Assembly (NCBI GenBank): GCA_963668355.1 | Contig: OY764265.1 | Span: forward strand, 2,048,001-2,112,000 | Length of the DNA: 64,000 nt | Reading direction: 5' to 3' | From: Bdellovibrionota bacterium | GTDB taxonomy: Bacteria > Bdellovibrionota_G > JALEGL01 > DATDPG01 | In this document: positions 8,538 through 18,354 of the stretch, one piece after another | Position numbering within the stretch: the first letter of the stretch is position 1 | Layout of the letters: each line of letters starts with the position of its first letter | Made by a program: the position numbers and the translations under genes | Notes under the pieces: generated by a model | What the model saw: the letters and a program-made list of their open reading frames with translations, nothing else | Databases searched by the model: none | What the model was told of the DNA's origin: nothing

Positions 8538-10616
8538 TTAAGGAACCACCTCAACGGAATCATTTTCTTCCGGTTGAACGCTTTTTAGAACCGGGATTTT
8601 TAAGGTGTCTCCAGCTTTTAACTCATGAGCCAGCTTCGTGGGATTCTCTTTCTTCATCAGCCACTGAGGTATCTGAAATTTCCGAGAAATTGACCACACG
8701 GTATCTCCTCGCCGGATTCGATAGGTCTCCATCTCTTCAACCTCAAAGACACTGAAAAACTCAGCTTGAAGAGCTCGATGGTAATCGGATCGCTTGGTTT
8801 CAAAATCCTTCTTTTGACTCTCATTTTCGATGGGCAAAAAGATTTTTTGTCCTGGGCGGATGGGTTTTCCATATCGAAGGCCATTCAGTCGCCGAAGTGT
8901 CGTTGCAAAACCCAAATCCAACCAATCGGAATAATGTCCAAGGGTTTCTTCGTATTCCACCCGTACCCAATAGCGATCACCCTCTTTCTCTACGGAAAAT
9001 TCTTCTGCTTCGAATTCCATTGTTTCGAGGCCTTGTTTTTGGGGAGGCATGGAAGGACCAAATACTTCTTTTGGAGGGATGGTTTTCAGGGGCTTGATGG
9101 GTATAGGTGTGCTGGAAATCTGTGTTTTGTTTGGTCGTTCGGAGTTTGAATTTTTGGAGGGAGTGGCCTTTTTTTCGGAAACAGAAGCGGTGTGGCGAGA
9201 AGCCTTGGCCCCTTTTCGAGGAGGAATGCGTAGTTTTTGTCCGACACGAATCAATCCTCGTCGCCCAATGCCATTTAAGGCCATGAGTTTTGAGCAGCTC
9301 ACCCGAAAGGTTCGGGCAATTCCGCATGGAAAGTCTCCCCTTTGGACCCGATATTCTACACTTTCCAACCATGGATCATCTTCTTTTGGGGAGGATTCGA
9401 TTTGGGCAAGCAACTGCTTGGAGTTGGTCCCGTGCGGTATGTGAATATGATGCCCTTTGGGAATTAGGAAGCCTTCATGCCAAACCCATCGCGTTAGCGC
9501 CGGGTTCAAGTGCTTGAGTTTGGACTTCGTTGTCTTGAGAAGCGTCTGCAGACGAAAAGCGGATATCGACTTGGGCAATTGGATCGTTTGGAATTGGGGC
9601 GGGGTTTGAAGCAATACCTCCGGAAAGAACGTTGATGCATTTGTTGCAACGTGACGTGCGGCAAGAAAGCTGACATAGAAGTTTCGCACAGCCGTTCGAA
9701 ATCGACGTCCTTCATACTCATGAATGACGCGAACAAAGTCAGGTCCGAAACGTTTCAGAGCTTTTCTCATTCCGAGGATCCCATAGTTGTAGGAAGTGAT
9801 GACAAAAGGGCCTAAAGAATCATCTTTGGAGGAGAACGTGGACGGCTTGGGAACTTTTCCAAGTGTTTTATACGCATTGGTTAAATAGTTGATGGCCCCT
9901 CGTGTGGCTTGGTATGGATCTAGTCTTTCATCGGAATGAATGCCGATTTTTAAGCCCAACCGTTTGGCGGTTCGGGGCATGATTTGCCATAGACCTGCGG
10001 CCCCTACGCGAGAATAGGCCTGAGGATTAAACGCAGACTCCACAAAGGGCAAGTATTGAATTTCCGGGGAGAGATTTTCTTTTTCGAGTTCTTTTTCAAT
10101 GAAATCTCTAAAGATCCCGAAACGAGAAAGTCCCCTGGCAAAACGATCTCGATTTCCCTGTTGGCAACGCACTCGTTCAGAGGCTTCCCGCAAATCGTCT
10201 CCGCTGGGTTCATCAAAAAATGATAAAACACGGACTTCCTCTTTGGAAAAGGATGAAGTTCCATTCTCCACTTTTTGGGCCAGGTCCTTCAAAAGCACCT
10301 TCCACTTGGACCGTTCCCGGCGGACGCGCCTTCGGTCGCCCCGTCTTCTTCCGCTGCATTGAACGTCGTCTACGATTCCATAAACTCGTTGTGGCAGTTC
10401 GCTGTCATGAAAAATGGCTTGATCGTTTCGATATTTGGAAAAGACATCAACCCAAAATTGAATTCTCGGACGAAGCTCGGAAAAACAAGGAAACTCTTTT
10501 GTGCATTTTAAATCCGGACGTTTTTCAAGATTATGCGAAAAACCGGGAGTCCAAGGCGAGAGAAAAAAAATAAACAGAATGAAAGGTAGAAATTTCAAGA
10601 ATCTGATTATACACAA
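8538..10616 (-). CDS. Lytic murein transglycosylase with LysM repeats (MltD-like)
   Basis: LPFVESAFNPQAYSRVGAAGLWQIMP SLT motif; SYNYG; LysM repeats YRVQRGD and YRIRRGD. Confidence 0.9.
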   Translation of the reverse strand: MCIIRFLKFLPFILFIFFLSPWTPGFSHNLEKRPDLKCTKEFPCFSELRPRIQFWVDVFSKYRNDQAIFHDSELPQRVYGIVDDVQCSGRRRGDRRRVRRERSKWKVLLKDLAQKVENGTSSFSKEEVRVLSFFDEPSGDDLREASERVRCQQGNRDRFARGLSRFGIFRDFIEKELEKENLSPEIQYLPFVESAFNPQAYSRVGAAGLWQIMPRTAKRLGLKIGIHSDERLDPYQATRGAINYLTNAYKTLGKVPKPSTFSSKDDSLGPFVITSYNYGILGMRKALKRFGPDFVRVIHEYEGRRFRTAVRNFYVSFLAARHVATNASTFFPEVLLQTPPQFQTIQLPKSISAFRLQTLLKTTKSKLKHLNPALTRWVWHEGFLIPKGHHIHIPHGTNSKQLLAQIESSPKEDDPWLESVEYRVQRGDFPCGIARTFRVSCSKLMALNGIGRRGLIRVGQKLRIPPRKGAKASRHTASVSEKKATPSKNSNSERPNKTQISSTPIPIKPLKTIPPKEVFGPSMPPQKQGLETMEFEAEEFSVEKEGDRYWVRVEYEETLGHYSDWLDLGFATTLRRLNGLRYGKPIRPGQKIFLPIENESQKKDFETKRSDYHRALQAEFFSVFEVEEMETYRIRRGDTVWSISRKFQIPQWLMKKENPTKLAHELKAGDTLKIPVLKSVQPEENDSVEVVP

Positions 10617-13013
10617 CTAACGGCTGGGTAAAATCGCCAATCCATTGTCCATCGCAATCCAAAGGCGATTGAATGTGTCCAGCTCCAAATCCACGACTCG
10701 GTTGGAGGGTAGTCCTAGATCGTTACGTAAATCGGATAATTGTAACGTGTTACCCGAGAGACTGGCATGAAAGAGTCCATCACTTCTTCCTAACCAAGCG
10801 TTCCCATTTCGATCGGAAATCATTTTGATGGAAATGGAATCTCCTGAGAAGGTCTCATAGTGGGTTCTCGATAGCGTATGATCCGGAGCAACTTGAATAT
10901 GTGTAAGTGCAACACGACTCGCCATCCAGAAGCCACCTGCATTATCTGGGCATAAGGCATCCACGAGGTCCATTCGAATCGTGTCATGGAACAGGACATT
11001 GCCACTTCCCGCATGTGTAATGAGTTGAACGCCTGAAGTGCTCCCTACGATGATTTTTCCAGGTTCGATCATGAGAAGACTTTGGATTCCGTCCGAAAAG
11101 AGACCGTCTTCAGTAAAATAGTTCTCAAATTCGTAATTCCCTCTATGGTTCTGCGTCACATGGGACAGTCCTGTAATAGTTCCGACCCAAAGTCCCCCGA
11201 ATCCATCCGGTTCAACGGAGGTTACTAAGAGATTGGGAAGACTTCCCGTATCCAGGGGAACGAGAGATATGGCTCCCTCGGGATACTCCTCTTGGTTTCG
11301 GGGCCAGATTCTTCGGGATTTCGTGCCATTTTCATCCCAAGAGTGCCGAACCAATCCACGAGACGTCCCTAGCCAGAGTTCGTTCGGAGAAGGGCTATAG
11401 CTTGCACGGACTTCGAGGTCTAAATTCTCTAAAACATTTTCGATCGTCCAATCCAAATCGCTCTCGGAATTCCAGCGCAGCCATCCAATATCTCCGTTTT
11501 TTCGGATGATCCACATCCCTTCTTCTCCTCGAGAGGAAAGCTGAGCGAGGCGGTCGAAATCGAAATCCATGTCTCGAAAATTTTTGGCTCCATACCGATT
11601 TTCTTCTTTTAAAAAGGAAAGTTTCGTCAATCCCGGTCCCGTTGGGTCTGTTGTCGTCCAAAGCGTCTGATTTTGTTCGGGTTGAATGGAACGAAAATGG
11701 ACAGTCATGTCGTTAAACACCGGAGTGAAAATGAGGCCAGCGCTACCTGGAATGTGATCGAAGTAACCCACTTGGTTTCCAGCCGTCGCCCATAAAGTCT
11801 GATGCTCATCGAAGTGAATCTCGTAGAGGGGGCCTTGTCCACCTTCGGCGATCCAATTGGGAATGAGATTCTCAGGGTTTCTCTCGTGACTCAAAGGAAA
11901 ATGGAAAATTTCGTGATCGGTGCTTCCCCAGAGATCTCCGTTCTCGTCAAAGGTCAAGCTTCTAAAAGAGATAGGGGAGAGCGTGAAGCTTTGTGGAGCA
12001 TTTAAGTGTGTTGGAAACAGGAAAAGCGTTTGAAGGGTGTTGATCCACACGCCCACTCCCGGTTCTACTGCGAGCGCTCGCACGCCAAACTCGAACGGAG
12101 TGAATTCGATGGAAAATGTTTGGTTTGACTCCAACTTAATATGCCTCAAGCCGTCTTCACTTCCGATCCAAGCACCTCCGGAACGATCGTCATCAATGGC
12201 CGTAGGTAGAACCATTGAATTGGAGAAATTTGGAAGGTGGTCAAAGGTTTGGACAAAAAATTGCTCGGGTTCGAGTTGTTGAATCAGTGCGGGACCATTC
12301 GATGTCCCGATCCAGATATGGTCGTCGTCCGCTACGAAAATCTCCGTAACCATATTGCTCGGGAGACCGTTGCTTACACTAAAATGCTTCAGATGTTCGG
12401 GAATGGGTTCCCGTTCATCGGAAAGAGGATAGATGAAAACTCCGTACGATCCTCCCGTGAGGAGGTGTTTGGAGGTGGTTCTTGCCAGGAGGGGGTGGTC
12501 CCATGTGTTGATGAACGTGATGAGGACTTCCTGGATATCATTGATTCCAATGCCCCCTCTTTGATATCTGGGTCCATTCGTGAAAATGGAAAGGTGATCT
12601 CCTTGATGAGCGGGAGAGATGGGTAGAACAAAAGATCCATCATCCTGGGGAGACGTGCAAAAGCGTACATCTCCTTGAGGGTCTTTGGTGAGGTTGATGG
12701 CACAAACTTCATTGACACCGTCTCTTACGGAGACCGCGCCTTCCCAGCCGGTTACAACGGCCTTGGACGTCGCCAAATCAACCACCTGAGCGACGATTAA
12801 ATTGGGATTGGCTCCTGGAGCAAAGAGTGTGGGTTCCAAATCGCCCAAGGTGGAACTCTCATCTGAGGTCGCTTCATTTAAGGTTGCAAGGTCGTCTCGG
12901 CCGGTTTCTGACTGGAGATTGTTTTGAGGGCATCCAAGGAGAACCAGCGGCAGAGAAAAAATAGCAAACCAGCGAAATATATGTGGAACAGGCGTCGACA
13001 CCATGAACGGCAA
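10617..13013 (-). CDS. Lipoprotein with two-component-regulator-propeller-type beta-propeller repeats, no kinase domain
   Basis: Lipobox VLLGC; repeats GLPSN.V...D....IWIGT..G. Confidence 0.75.
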   Translation of the reverse strand: MPFMVSTPVPHIFRWFAIFSLPLVLLGCPQNNLQSETGRDDLATLNEATSDESSTLGDLEPTLFAPGANPNLIVAQVVDLATSKAVVTGWEGAVSVRDGVNEVCAINLTKDPQGDVRFCTSPQDDGSFVLPISPAHQGDHLSIFTNGPRYQRGGIGINDIQEVLITFINTWDHPLLARTTSKHLLTGGSYGVFIYPLSDEREPIPEHLKHFSVSNGLPSNMVTEIFVADDDHIWIGTSNGPALIQQLEPEQFFVQTFDHLPNFSNSMVLPTAIDDDRSGGAWIGSEDGLRHIKLESNQTFSIEFTPFEFGVRALAVEPGVGVWINTLQTLFLFPTHLNAPQSFTLSPISFRSLTFDENGDLWGSTDHEIFHFPLSHERNPENLIPNWIAEGGQGPLYEIHFDEHQTLWATAGNQVGYFDHIPGSAGLIFTPVFNDMTVHFRSIQPEQNQTLWTTTDPTGPGLTKLSFLKEENRYGAKNFRDMDFDFDRLAQLSSRGEEGMWIIRKNGDIGWLRWNSESDLDWTIENVLENLDLEVRASYSPSPNELWLGTSRGLVRHSWDENGTKSRRIWPRNQEEYPEGAISLVPLDTGSLPNLLVTSVEPDGFGGLWVGTITGLSHVTQNHRGNYEFENYFTEDGLFSDGIQSLLMIEPGKIIVGSTSGVQLITHAGSGNVLFHDTIRMDLVDALCPDNAGGFWMASRVALTHIQVAPDHTLSRTHYETFSGDSISIKMISDRNGNAWLGRSDGLFHASLSGNTLQLSDLRNDLGLPSNRVVDLELDTFNRLWIAMDNGLAILPSR

Positions 13014-13015
13014 AG

Positions 13016-13031
13016 TGCAAAGACTTGGCCA
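13016..13031 (-). promoter_or_regulatory. Sigma-54 -24/-12 promoter motif
   Basis: TGGCCAAGTCTTTGCA (GG-N10-GC) just upstream of the propeller lipoprotein. Confidence 0.6.
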
Positions 13032-13087
13032 AAAAACCGCATTTCGTTAAAAGAAAAATACAAACAAATACAAATGCTTAAGTGCTT

Positions 13088-13453
13088 TTATTTGCTGGTT
13101 TTTTGAGAGTGGGCGGAACCCGAAAACAGAAGTTCCTCATGCTGGAGAACTTTGGTTTCTGCATGGATTTGACCCTGAATTTTTCGACTATGCCTCAAAA
13201 TGACCTGAAAAACCTCTTGAAGCAGGTCGGAGTTGAGTCCAAATGATTCTCCCAATTCCTGCCATTTCAAAAACAGGGTTTGCTCCCTTTCCACATCTTC
13301 AATCGATTTTTTTTGGGCTCGTTTTTGTTCTCCCATCTTTTGAATCAATTGAAATCGGACGGATAGAAGACGAAGCAGATCTTCATCACATGTGTCGATG
13401 AGATTTCGCAAATCCCTTTGGCTTTTGGATGTGGAGCTCAAAGGTCTATCCAC
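13088..13453 (-). CDS. Chorismate mutase (AroQ type)
   Basis: LRNLIDTCDEDLLRLLSVR...K...IEDVERE...SRKIQ. Confidence 0.8.
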   Translation of the reverse strand: MDRPLSSTSKSQRDLRNLIDTCDEDLLRLLSVRFQLIQKMGEQKRAQKKSIEDVEREQTLFLKWQELGESFGLNSDLLQEVFQVILRHSRKIQGQIHAETKVLQHEELLFSGSAHSQKTSK

Positions 13454-13456
13454 ACT

Positions 13457-16309
13457 TTATTCGCAGACGGGAGGACATTCCGTGTCAGCTTTAAACTTAA
13501 TAATGTCCTTTCCCCCTCCTCCGGAACTGGAGCTGGAACTGGAACTACTGGAGCTAGAGCTACTGGAACTGGAGCTGCTGGAGCTGGAGCTGCTAGAGCT
13601 AGAACTGGAGCTACTGGAAGAGGTTGTGCAAGATCTGCAAGTGCCGCCGGTCACTTCTCCGCATGCATCTTCACCCAGTCGGTCATAGGCGATTACGCAG
13701 AAGGGTGAAAGGCCTTCCGAATCATAGTCCGAGGGTCGAAACATATGAGGAACATCTGTGACAAACGTTGCTTGATCATAAGTGCCTCGAGGATGTTTGC
13801 TCCATGTTATCGCTCGGAGAGGCGTGCGGGGGTATACCGTAACGTCTGAGAGTGCAGGATTTTTTTGGTCGGGGGTCACTTCTGCATAGAGTTCTTCAGA
13901 GAAACCTGAATAACCCACCTCTTCAAAAATCAAGGCAGAAAATCCGTTGGGATAGGTCGAATTGGGGGCTCCGACGGCTGTGGTGAGGAGCTTGGGAACA
14001 TTGGATCCCGTATCAAAATAATCAAATCCGGTTTGCATTTGCATATTGAAACTGGAAAGAGGCGCATCCCCTGAAATGTCGGAAGCCGACAGATTATAAT
14101 CGGTGGCAAATTTCATGTCTCCCGTGTCTGGATCATAGTAAAAAATATTCGTTAAATTTTTGGCATAATCCGTACTTTGGGGGAGGGGCGTCCCATCTTG
14201 GATTCGATTGAGAACGCCAAGATAGGAATGTTTGTAGATATGATGTCCTCCAGCCATGATATTGCCGCTGCGGTCGACGTCGATGCCTTTGCATTGCCAC
14301 TCATGCCAGAACAACCCCAAAGGATTTTCGCCGCCAGGGATGAAGGCGTTTCCAGCTCCGGCGGTTGCCGCAAATTTTTGGATGCCCACCTCACCATCGT
14401 GGTCAATGCCTCGTCCGTTGGTTAAGCAATAGCTGAAATAAGAATCGTTGGAATATTGTGGATCCCATGGAGGGCCAAAACGATCTGTGGTTCGAACTTT
14501 GGGTCCGGATCCAAGAGCGGAAATCACGACATCTTGCATGGAAGCGCCCGCGGGATTGCTTTCCCAACTGCTTCCGGATACGTCAAAACTGGTGAGCGCG
14601 ACAGGTGTTACGAAATTGCCACTGTCCGGGTTTCCGTTTGCGTCTCGGGAGAGATCTGTAGCGTAGACCCAAACCGGATCTGTTCCGCTAGGCTTTGTGT
14701 AAGAAGCCACCAGGATTCGTGTTTCGGTGCTGTAGTTGGTGAGGTGAGACGTATCTTGGACAACTGCCAAGGTTGTGGTGTCCCATAAATCAATCGATGG
14801 AAACAATGTGGTCAAATCGGTAAAAACGAGACTTTGATCCGAATCAAATTTTCCAGTTGATGCATTGACAGGGTAAAAAGCCAAGGTGGGTTTAGGATTT
14901 CCCGAACCATCTTGTCGATATCCTCCGATGACAATTCCTTCATACCCATCGCCAGTGGACGTTGGAATGGAGCGAACGATTGTGGGAAGAAAGTTCTCTG
15001 TGGAGTCGCTGGTGGAAATGGAATCGCCAATTTTGTTTCCAGTCTCAGGATCGTAAATGTCGATTTTTCCGGTGGAAGCTCCAAAGGTGTTTTCAAAGTC
15101 CACCAACGGAACCAGCGCTTGGGAAGTATCATCTTTGAAATATACATAGGCAGGTTGCCCCGCAGCTTCTTCGCCTAGCGGGATGGGGACGATGACATCA
15201 TTTTTGGAAGGTGAATACGAATTTCCGTCTGGAGTTAGATCCGCAGAAAATCGAACTTCGTTTCCCTTGGATGTGATTTGAGCGATGATGGCCGTAGGAA
15301 TGACGTCGGGTAGGGTGCTGAAAAGGTTCCCAGAGGTGTCCCGAAATTGAAAATTGAGGCTGTCAATGGGGGACAAGACTTGATCTTCTCCATCCACGGT
15401 TCGAACCAAGTAATTAAGCTCTTCGGCGTTCCCACTTTCTGCAAGGTTCATGGCCTGGTAGGTGATGACGTTGACCTTCCAAGCCAGCGTTCGGCCTGCC
15501 TCCAAAGATCTTCCGTAGAGAATTTGGTTTGAAATGATTCCGGGCTTGGTTTCGGAGTACTCCTCGGCCAGTGGAAGCGGAGCTAATGTCAGTTCAATGG
15601 CAGGAGGTCCTTCCTCAGGGGCGGGATGTCCTCCCGGAAGTTCTCCATCAAAATAAGTAATGTCTTTGACCTCAGCGACCAAATATCCTTGATCCATAAT
15701 GAGAAGCCGATCCCCAATTTGGGGAGCTTTTTCAAAGGGAACGGGTTGGATTTTAAGGTTTGCGGACCCATTCAAAAGATTTTCTGGCAAAACCCGTTCA
15801 ATGACTTGATAGGCTTGCCGTTGTTCCGAATCTGGAACCACCAGCGAGATGGATTCTGCCACTGTAGGGGGGACACACCCTTCCAGACATGTTTCTTTTT
15901 CACCTTTGGTGAGTTTCTCATTACTGGTACAGGTTTGTTCACAGATCGTGTCCGGCTCGGAGGTCGGAGGGTACGAGTATAAAGGAATATATTTTGTGGA
16001 GTTGAAGCCTTCCACAACAGGAAACGGATACATTCGTCCAATGTCTTCTTGGATTTGGGTAATGGCTTTTTGAATATTCCGTTCGACTTTTTGCTTTCTC
16101 ATGTTTCCGGTTTGGTTTTCGACGTTGGAAACCAGAGCTTGGTAAGAAAAGGAACCGACCAGCCCCACAAAAACCAAACTGACCATGAGTTCAGTCATCG
16201 AAAAGGCAGAAGAATGGGCGGATAAAGCGTTTACTTTTTTTGACACAAACAAAGTCCTTATGGAAAAGGGTTTTTTAAAGATTTTCTCATGAATTGGGTT
16301 TATTCGCAT
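13457..16309 (-). CDS. Large prepilin-type (PilW/PulJ-like) protein with C-terminal poly-Ser linker
   Basis: AFSMTELMVSLVFVGLVG class III signal; 33 consecutive Ser near C-terminus. Confidence 0.7.
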   Translation of the reverse strand: MRINPIHEKIFKKPFSIRTLFVSKKVNALSAHSSAFSMTELMVSLVFVGLVGSFSYQALVSNVENQTGNMRKQKVERNIQKAITQIQEDIGRMYPFPVVEGFNSTKYIPLYSYPPTSEPDTICEQTCTSNEKLTKGEKETCLEGCVPPTVAESISLVVPDSEQRQAYQVIERVLPENLLNGSANLKIQPVPFEKAPQIGDRLLIMDQGYLVAEVKDITYFDGELPGGHPAPEEGPPAIELTLAPLPLAEEYSETKPGIISNQILYGRSLEAGRTLAWKVNVITYQAMNLAESGNAEELNYLVRTVDGEDQVLSPIDSLNFQFRDTSGNLFSTLPDVIPTAIIAQITSKGNEVRFSADLTPDGNSYSPSKNDVIVPIPLGEEAAGQPAYVYFKDDTSQALVPLVDFENTFGASTGKIDIYDPETGNKIGDSISTSDSTENFLPTIVRSIPTSTGDGYEGIVIGGYRQDGSGNPKPTLAFYPVNASTGKFDSDQSLVFTDLTTLFPSIDLWDTTTLAVVQDTSHLTNYSTETRILVASYTKPSGTDPVWVYATDLSRDANGNPDSGNFVTPVALTSFDVSGSSWESNPAGASMQDVVISALGSGPKVRTTDRFGPPWDPQYSNDSYFSYCLTNGRGIDHDGEVGIQKFAATAGAGNAFIPGGENPLGLFWHEWQCKGIDVDRSGNIMAGGHHIYKHSYLGVLNRIQDGTPLPQSTDYAKNLTNIFYYDPDTGDMKFATDYNLSASDISGDAPLSSFNMQMQTGFDYFDTGSNVPKLLTTAVGAPNSTYPNGFSALIFEEVGYSGFSEELYAEVTPDQKNPALSDVTVYPRTPLRAITWSKHPRGTYDQATFVTDVPHMFRPSDYDSEGLSPFCVIAYDRLGEDACGEVTGGTCRSCTTSSSSSSSSSSSSSSSSSSSSSSSSSSSSSSSSSGGGGKDIIKFKADTECPPVCE
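13523..13621 (-). repeat. Poly-serine tract, 33 codons of mixed TCN/AGY
   Basis: Degenerate GGAACT/GGAGCT hexamer repeats on the + strand. Confidence 0.9.
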
Positions 16310-16371
16310 GATAATTCCCTTTCATCAAAGGCTTTACGGAAGGCAGAATTTCCGCTACGACTTTTAACGTC

Positions 16372-17001
16372 GTGATAATTCCCAGAAAAATGGATTCGGA
16401 GCATGGGTCGGCGATGGTCTTGGTGTTGACGATGATCATCATTCTTTCTCTCATCGGTGTGTGGAACCTCACGAGTTCCACGACAAGCATGAGAATTGCC
16501 GGACACTATTCGAAATCCGCTCAGGTGGAACAAAGAGCAGAAACAGCTATTCGCTTGGCCGCTCAGCGACTGAGAGAAATCGCTGTGGACTCTTTGACGG
16601 ATTCTTTGTATTCGCGAGGCGTGTATTCGGGAACGGAGCACTCTTTGACGTGGCTCCTTGAGTCGATTCAGCCTGAAAGCAGCTGTGCGTCCGAAGATCT
16701 CGTTTGTCCGACCACATTTGATCCCGAACAAGAGTTTGATTCCATCAACTGCTCCCTCATCTGCAATTTTATGGGCTCGGTTGTGGAGGAACAAGTCATT
16801 CTTTCTCGAAAGGAAGACTTGATCAAGGGTGCCAGCAAGAGTGCGGTGTTTCTTCTGTCTTCGGTTTCCAAAGATGCCGTGGGTCGAAGGAAAGTGCGAT
16901 ACGGGGTGATGACGATTCCCTATGCGGGAAGCCTGGGAAGTTGGGAGATCCCTGCGGGGCAACAGCCCAGTTTGGCCACTGCCGTGAATTCCAATTTCTA
17001 A
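16372..17001 (+). CDS. PilX-like minor pilin
   Basis: HGSAMVLVLTMIIILSLIG...MRIAGH...AETAI, typical PilX N-terminus. Confidence 0.7.
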   Translation: MIIPRKMDSEHGSAMVLVLTMIIILSLIGVWNLTSSTTSMRIAGHYSKSAQVEQRAETAIRLAAQRLREIAVDSLTDSLYSRGVYSGTEHSLTWLLESIQPESSCASEDLVCPTTFDPEQEFDSINCSLICNFMGSVVEEQVILSRKEDLIKGASKSAVFLLSSVSKDAVGRRKVRYGVMTIPYAGSLGSWEIPAGQQPSLATAVNSNF

Positions 17002-17051
17002 TCCCGTTTGTTTGCAAAAAGACACCATGAGTCAAAGCCGACCGGAATGGA

Positions 17052-17067
17052 TGCATTCCTTGTGCCA
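17052..17067 (-). promoter_or_regulatory. Sigma-54 -24/-12 promoter motif, antisense to the PilX-like gene
   Basis: TGGCACAAGGAATGCA; AT-rich IHF-like tract near 17100-17115. Confidence 0.5.
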
Positions 17068-17200
17068 GAATAATACAAAAGTTACATCTATAAAAATCAT
17101 GTATTTCAGACAGTTACGAATCAAAGTAATGTAAAAATGAAAAAGCGTAAACATTAGTTTCGAAAAATCGAAACTGCAGTTTCCGGTTTTTCGTTCAGCT

Positions 17201-18223
17201 TTAGTCGTGTTTTCTGATTTCCGACGAAAGCGCCACGCGAGAAATGGCCAATCCTACTTTTTCCGCAGTCCATCGAACGACGTCAAAATGGGGCTCTGGA
17301 GAAGGGGAGGCGGGAGAGTTAAGTCCCATCCACAAGCCGATGGTCGTTCCAAAAGAGCGTAGCGGGAAAACATGTAGTTGGTCCTCTTCGGAAAGATGAA
17401 GATGTTCAAATAGCTCGAACTCTTGGGCGTTTTTGGGTAGCTGTCCATGAAACTCGTTTCGCTCATCGATGATGGGGGCAAAGAGTTTGGCATTTTTTTT
17501 GGGAAGCGAAGTTTCAGCAAAAAGAAGCGCATGTGTGGGAAGCCCACGAACCAACCATCCTTCGATTTGCATACCATTTACGAGAAACAGAGCCTGCCGA
17601 GGAAAAATTCTCCAGACGAACTCCATTCCATAGTCCACAACTTCTTTCGGAGTATTCGCGTTTAGCATCGACGCGAGAAAGCTGTCGACGGAAGTTTTTT
17701 CGCAATTCGGACAGGGAAACTCGATGGCCCCAGGGACCTCCCACAAAAGGTCGTGTCCTTGTGAAGCAGATTCTCTCTGGTCTGCGCCGCAGGCCCAGTC
17801 TCGTGAGATGTTGAAGTAGCGTTCCATGGCGGCTGAAATCCAAATTTCAGGTGCGATGACGGTGCTTACGGGAAGGTGAACCAAGTTTTGAAGTCGTTCG
17901 ATGATGGCTTCCGAAAGGGGGGCTCCCACGGCCACAATTAATTCCTGGGCTTTCTTTAAGGGCACAATCGAATGCATTTCAACAAATTCGGGAAGAACCA
18001 ACTCGGTTACATCGGAATCGATATGTTCAAAATCTTTCCACTGAGCACATGGCAGATCAAATTGCGTGGCCAACCCCTGGGCCAAGTCTCGATCTGAAAT
18101 GCAATTGAGGGCAACCAAGTTGGTCCCCAGTTTCCCCCCGCGTCTTTTTTGCGCCTTCAAGGCTTTTTCGACATCTACTTCTGTAATGATACCTTGGCTA
18201 ACCAGGAGTTCTCCGATTTTCAT
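17201..18223 (-). CDS. MshEN/GspE N-terminal-domain protein (putative c-di-GMP receptor) without ATPase domain
   Basis: KIGELLVSQGII...ALKAQ and KLGTNLV...LATQ tandem MshEN motifs; GAF-like C-terminus. Confidence 0.8.
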   Translation of the reverse strand: MKIGELLVSQGIITEVDVEKALKAQKRRGGKLGTNLVALNCISDRDLAQGLATQFDLPCAQWKDFEHIDSDVTELVLPEFVEMHSIVPLKKAQELIVAVGAPLSEAIIERLQNLVHLPVSTVIAPEIWISAAMERYFNISRDWACGADQRESASQGHDLLWEVPGAIEFPCPNCEKTSVDSFLASMLNANTPKEVVDYGMEFVWRIFPRQALFLVNGMQIEGWLVRGLPTHALLFAETSLPKKNAKLFAPIIDERNEFHGQLPKNAQEFELFEHLHLSEEDQLHVFPLRSFGTTIGLWMGLNSPASPSPEPHFDVVRWTAEKVGLAISRVALSSEIRKHD

Positions 18224-18354
18224 AACTTTTCTAGAATACCCATTGAGACCTCGAACGAACAGTTTATTGAGTTGCCCGTTGTAAACTCTTCGAAAGTTAC
18301 AACTTTTTCAAAGTAGACGATCTTGGGCGTTCTTCCCTTTTTTTTTCGTGATGT

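Noticed and set aside
13392..13708. ELELEL and GTGAGA repeat ORFs on the + strand; possible repeat array
   Set aside because: Shadow frames of the poly-Ser tract; no spacers, so not CRISPR
16300..17028. 242-aa minus-strand ORF just downstream of the sigma-54 motif
   Set aside because: Fully overlaps the convincing PilX-like gene and has shadow-like composition; not completely excluded
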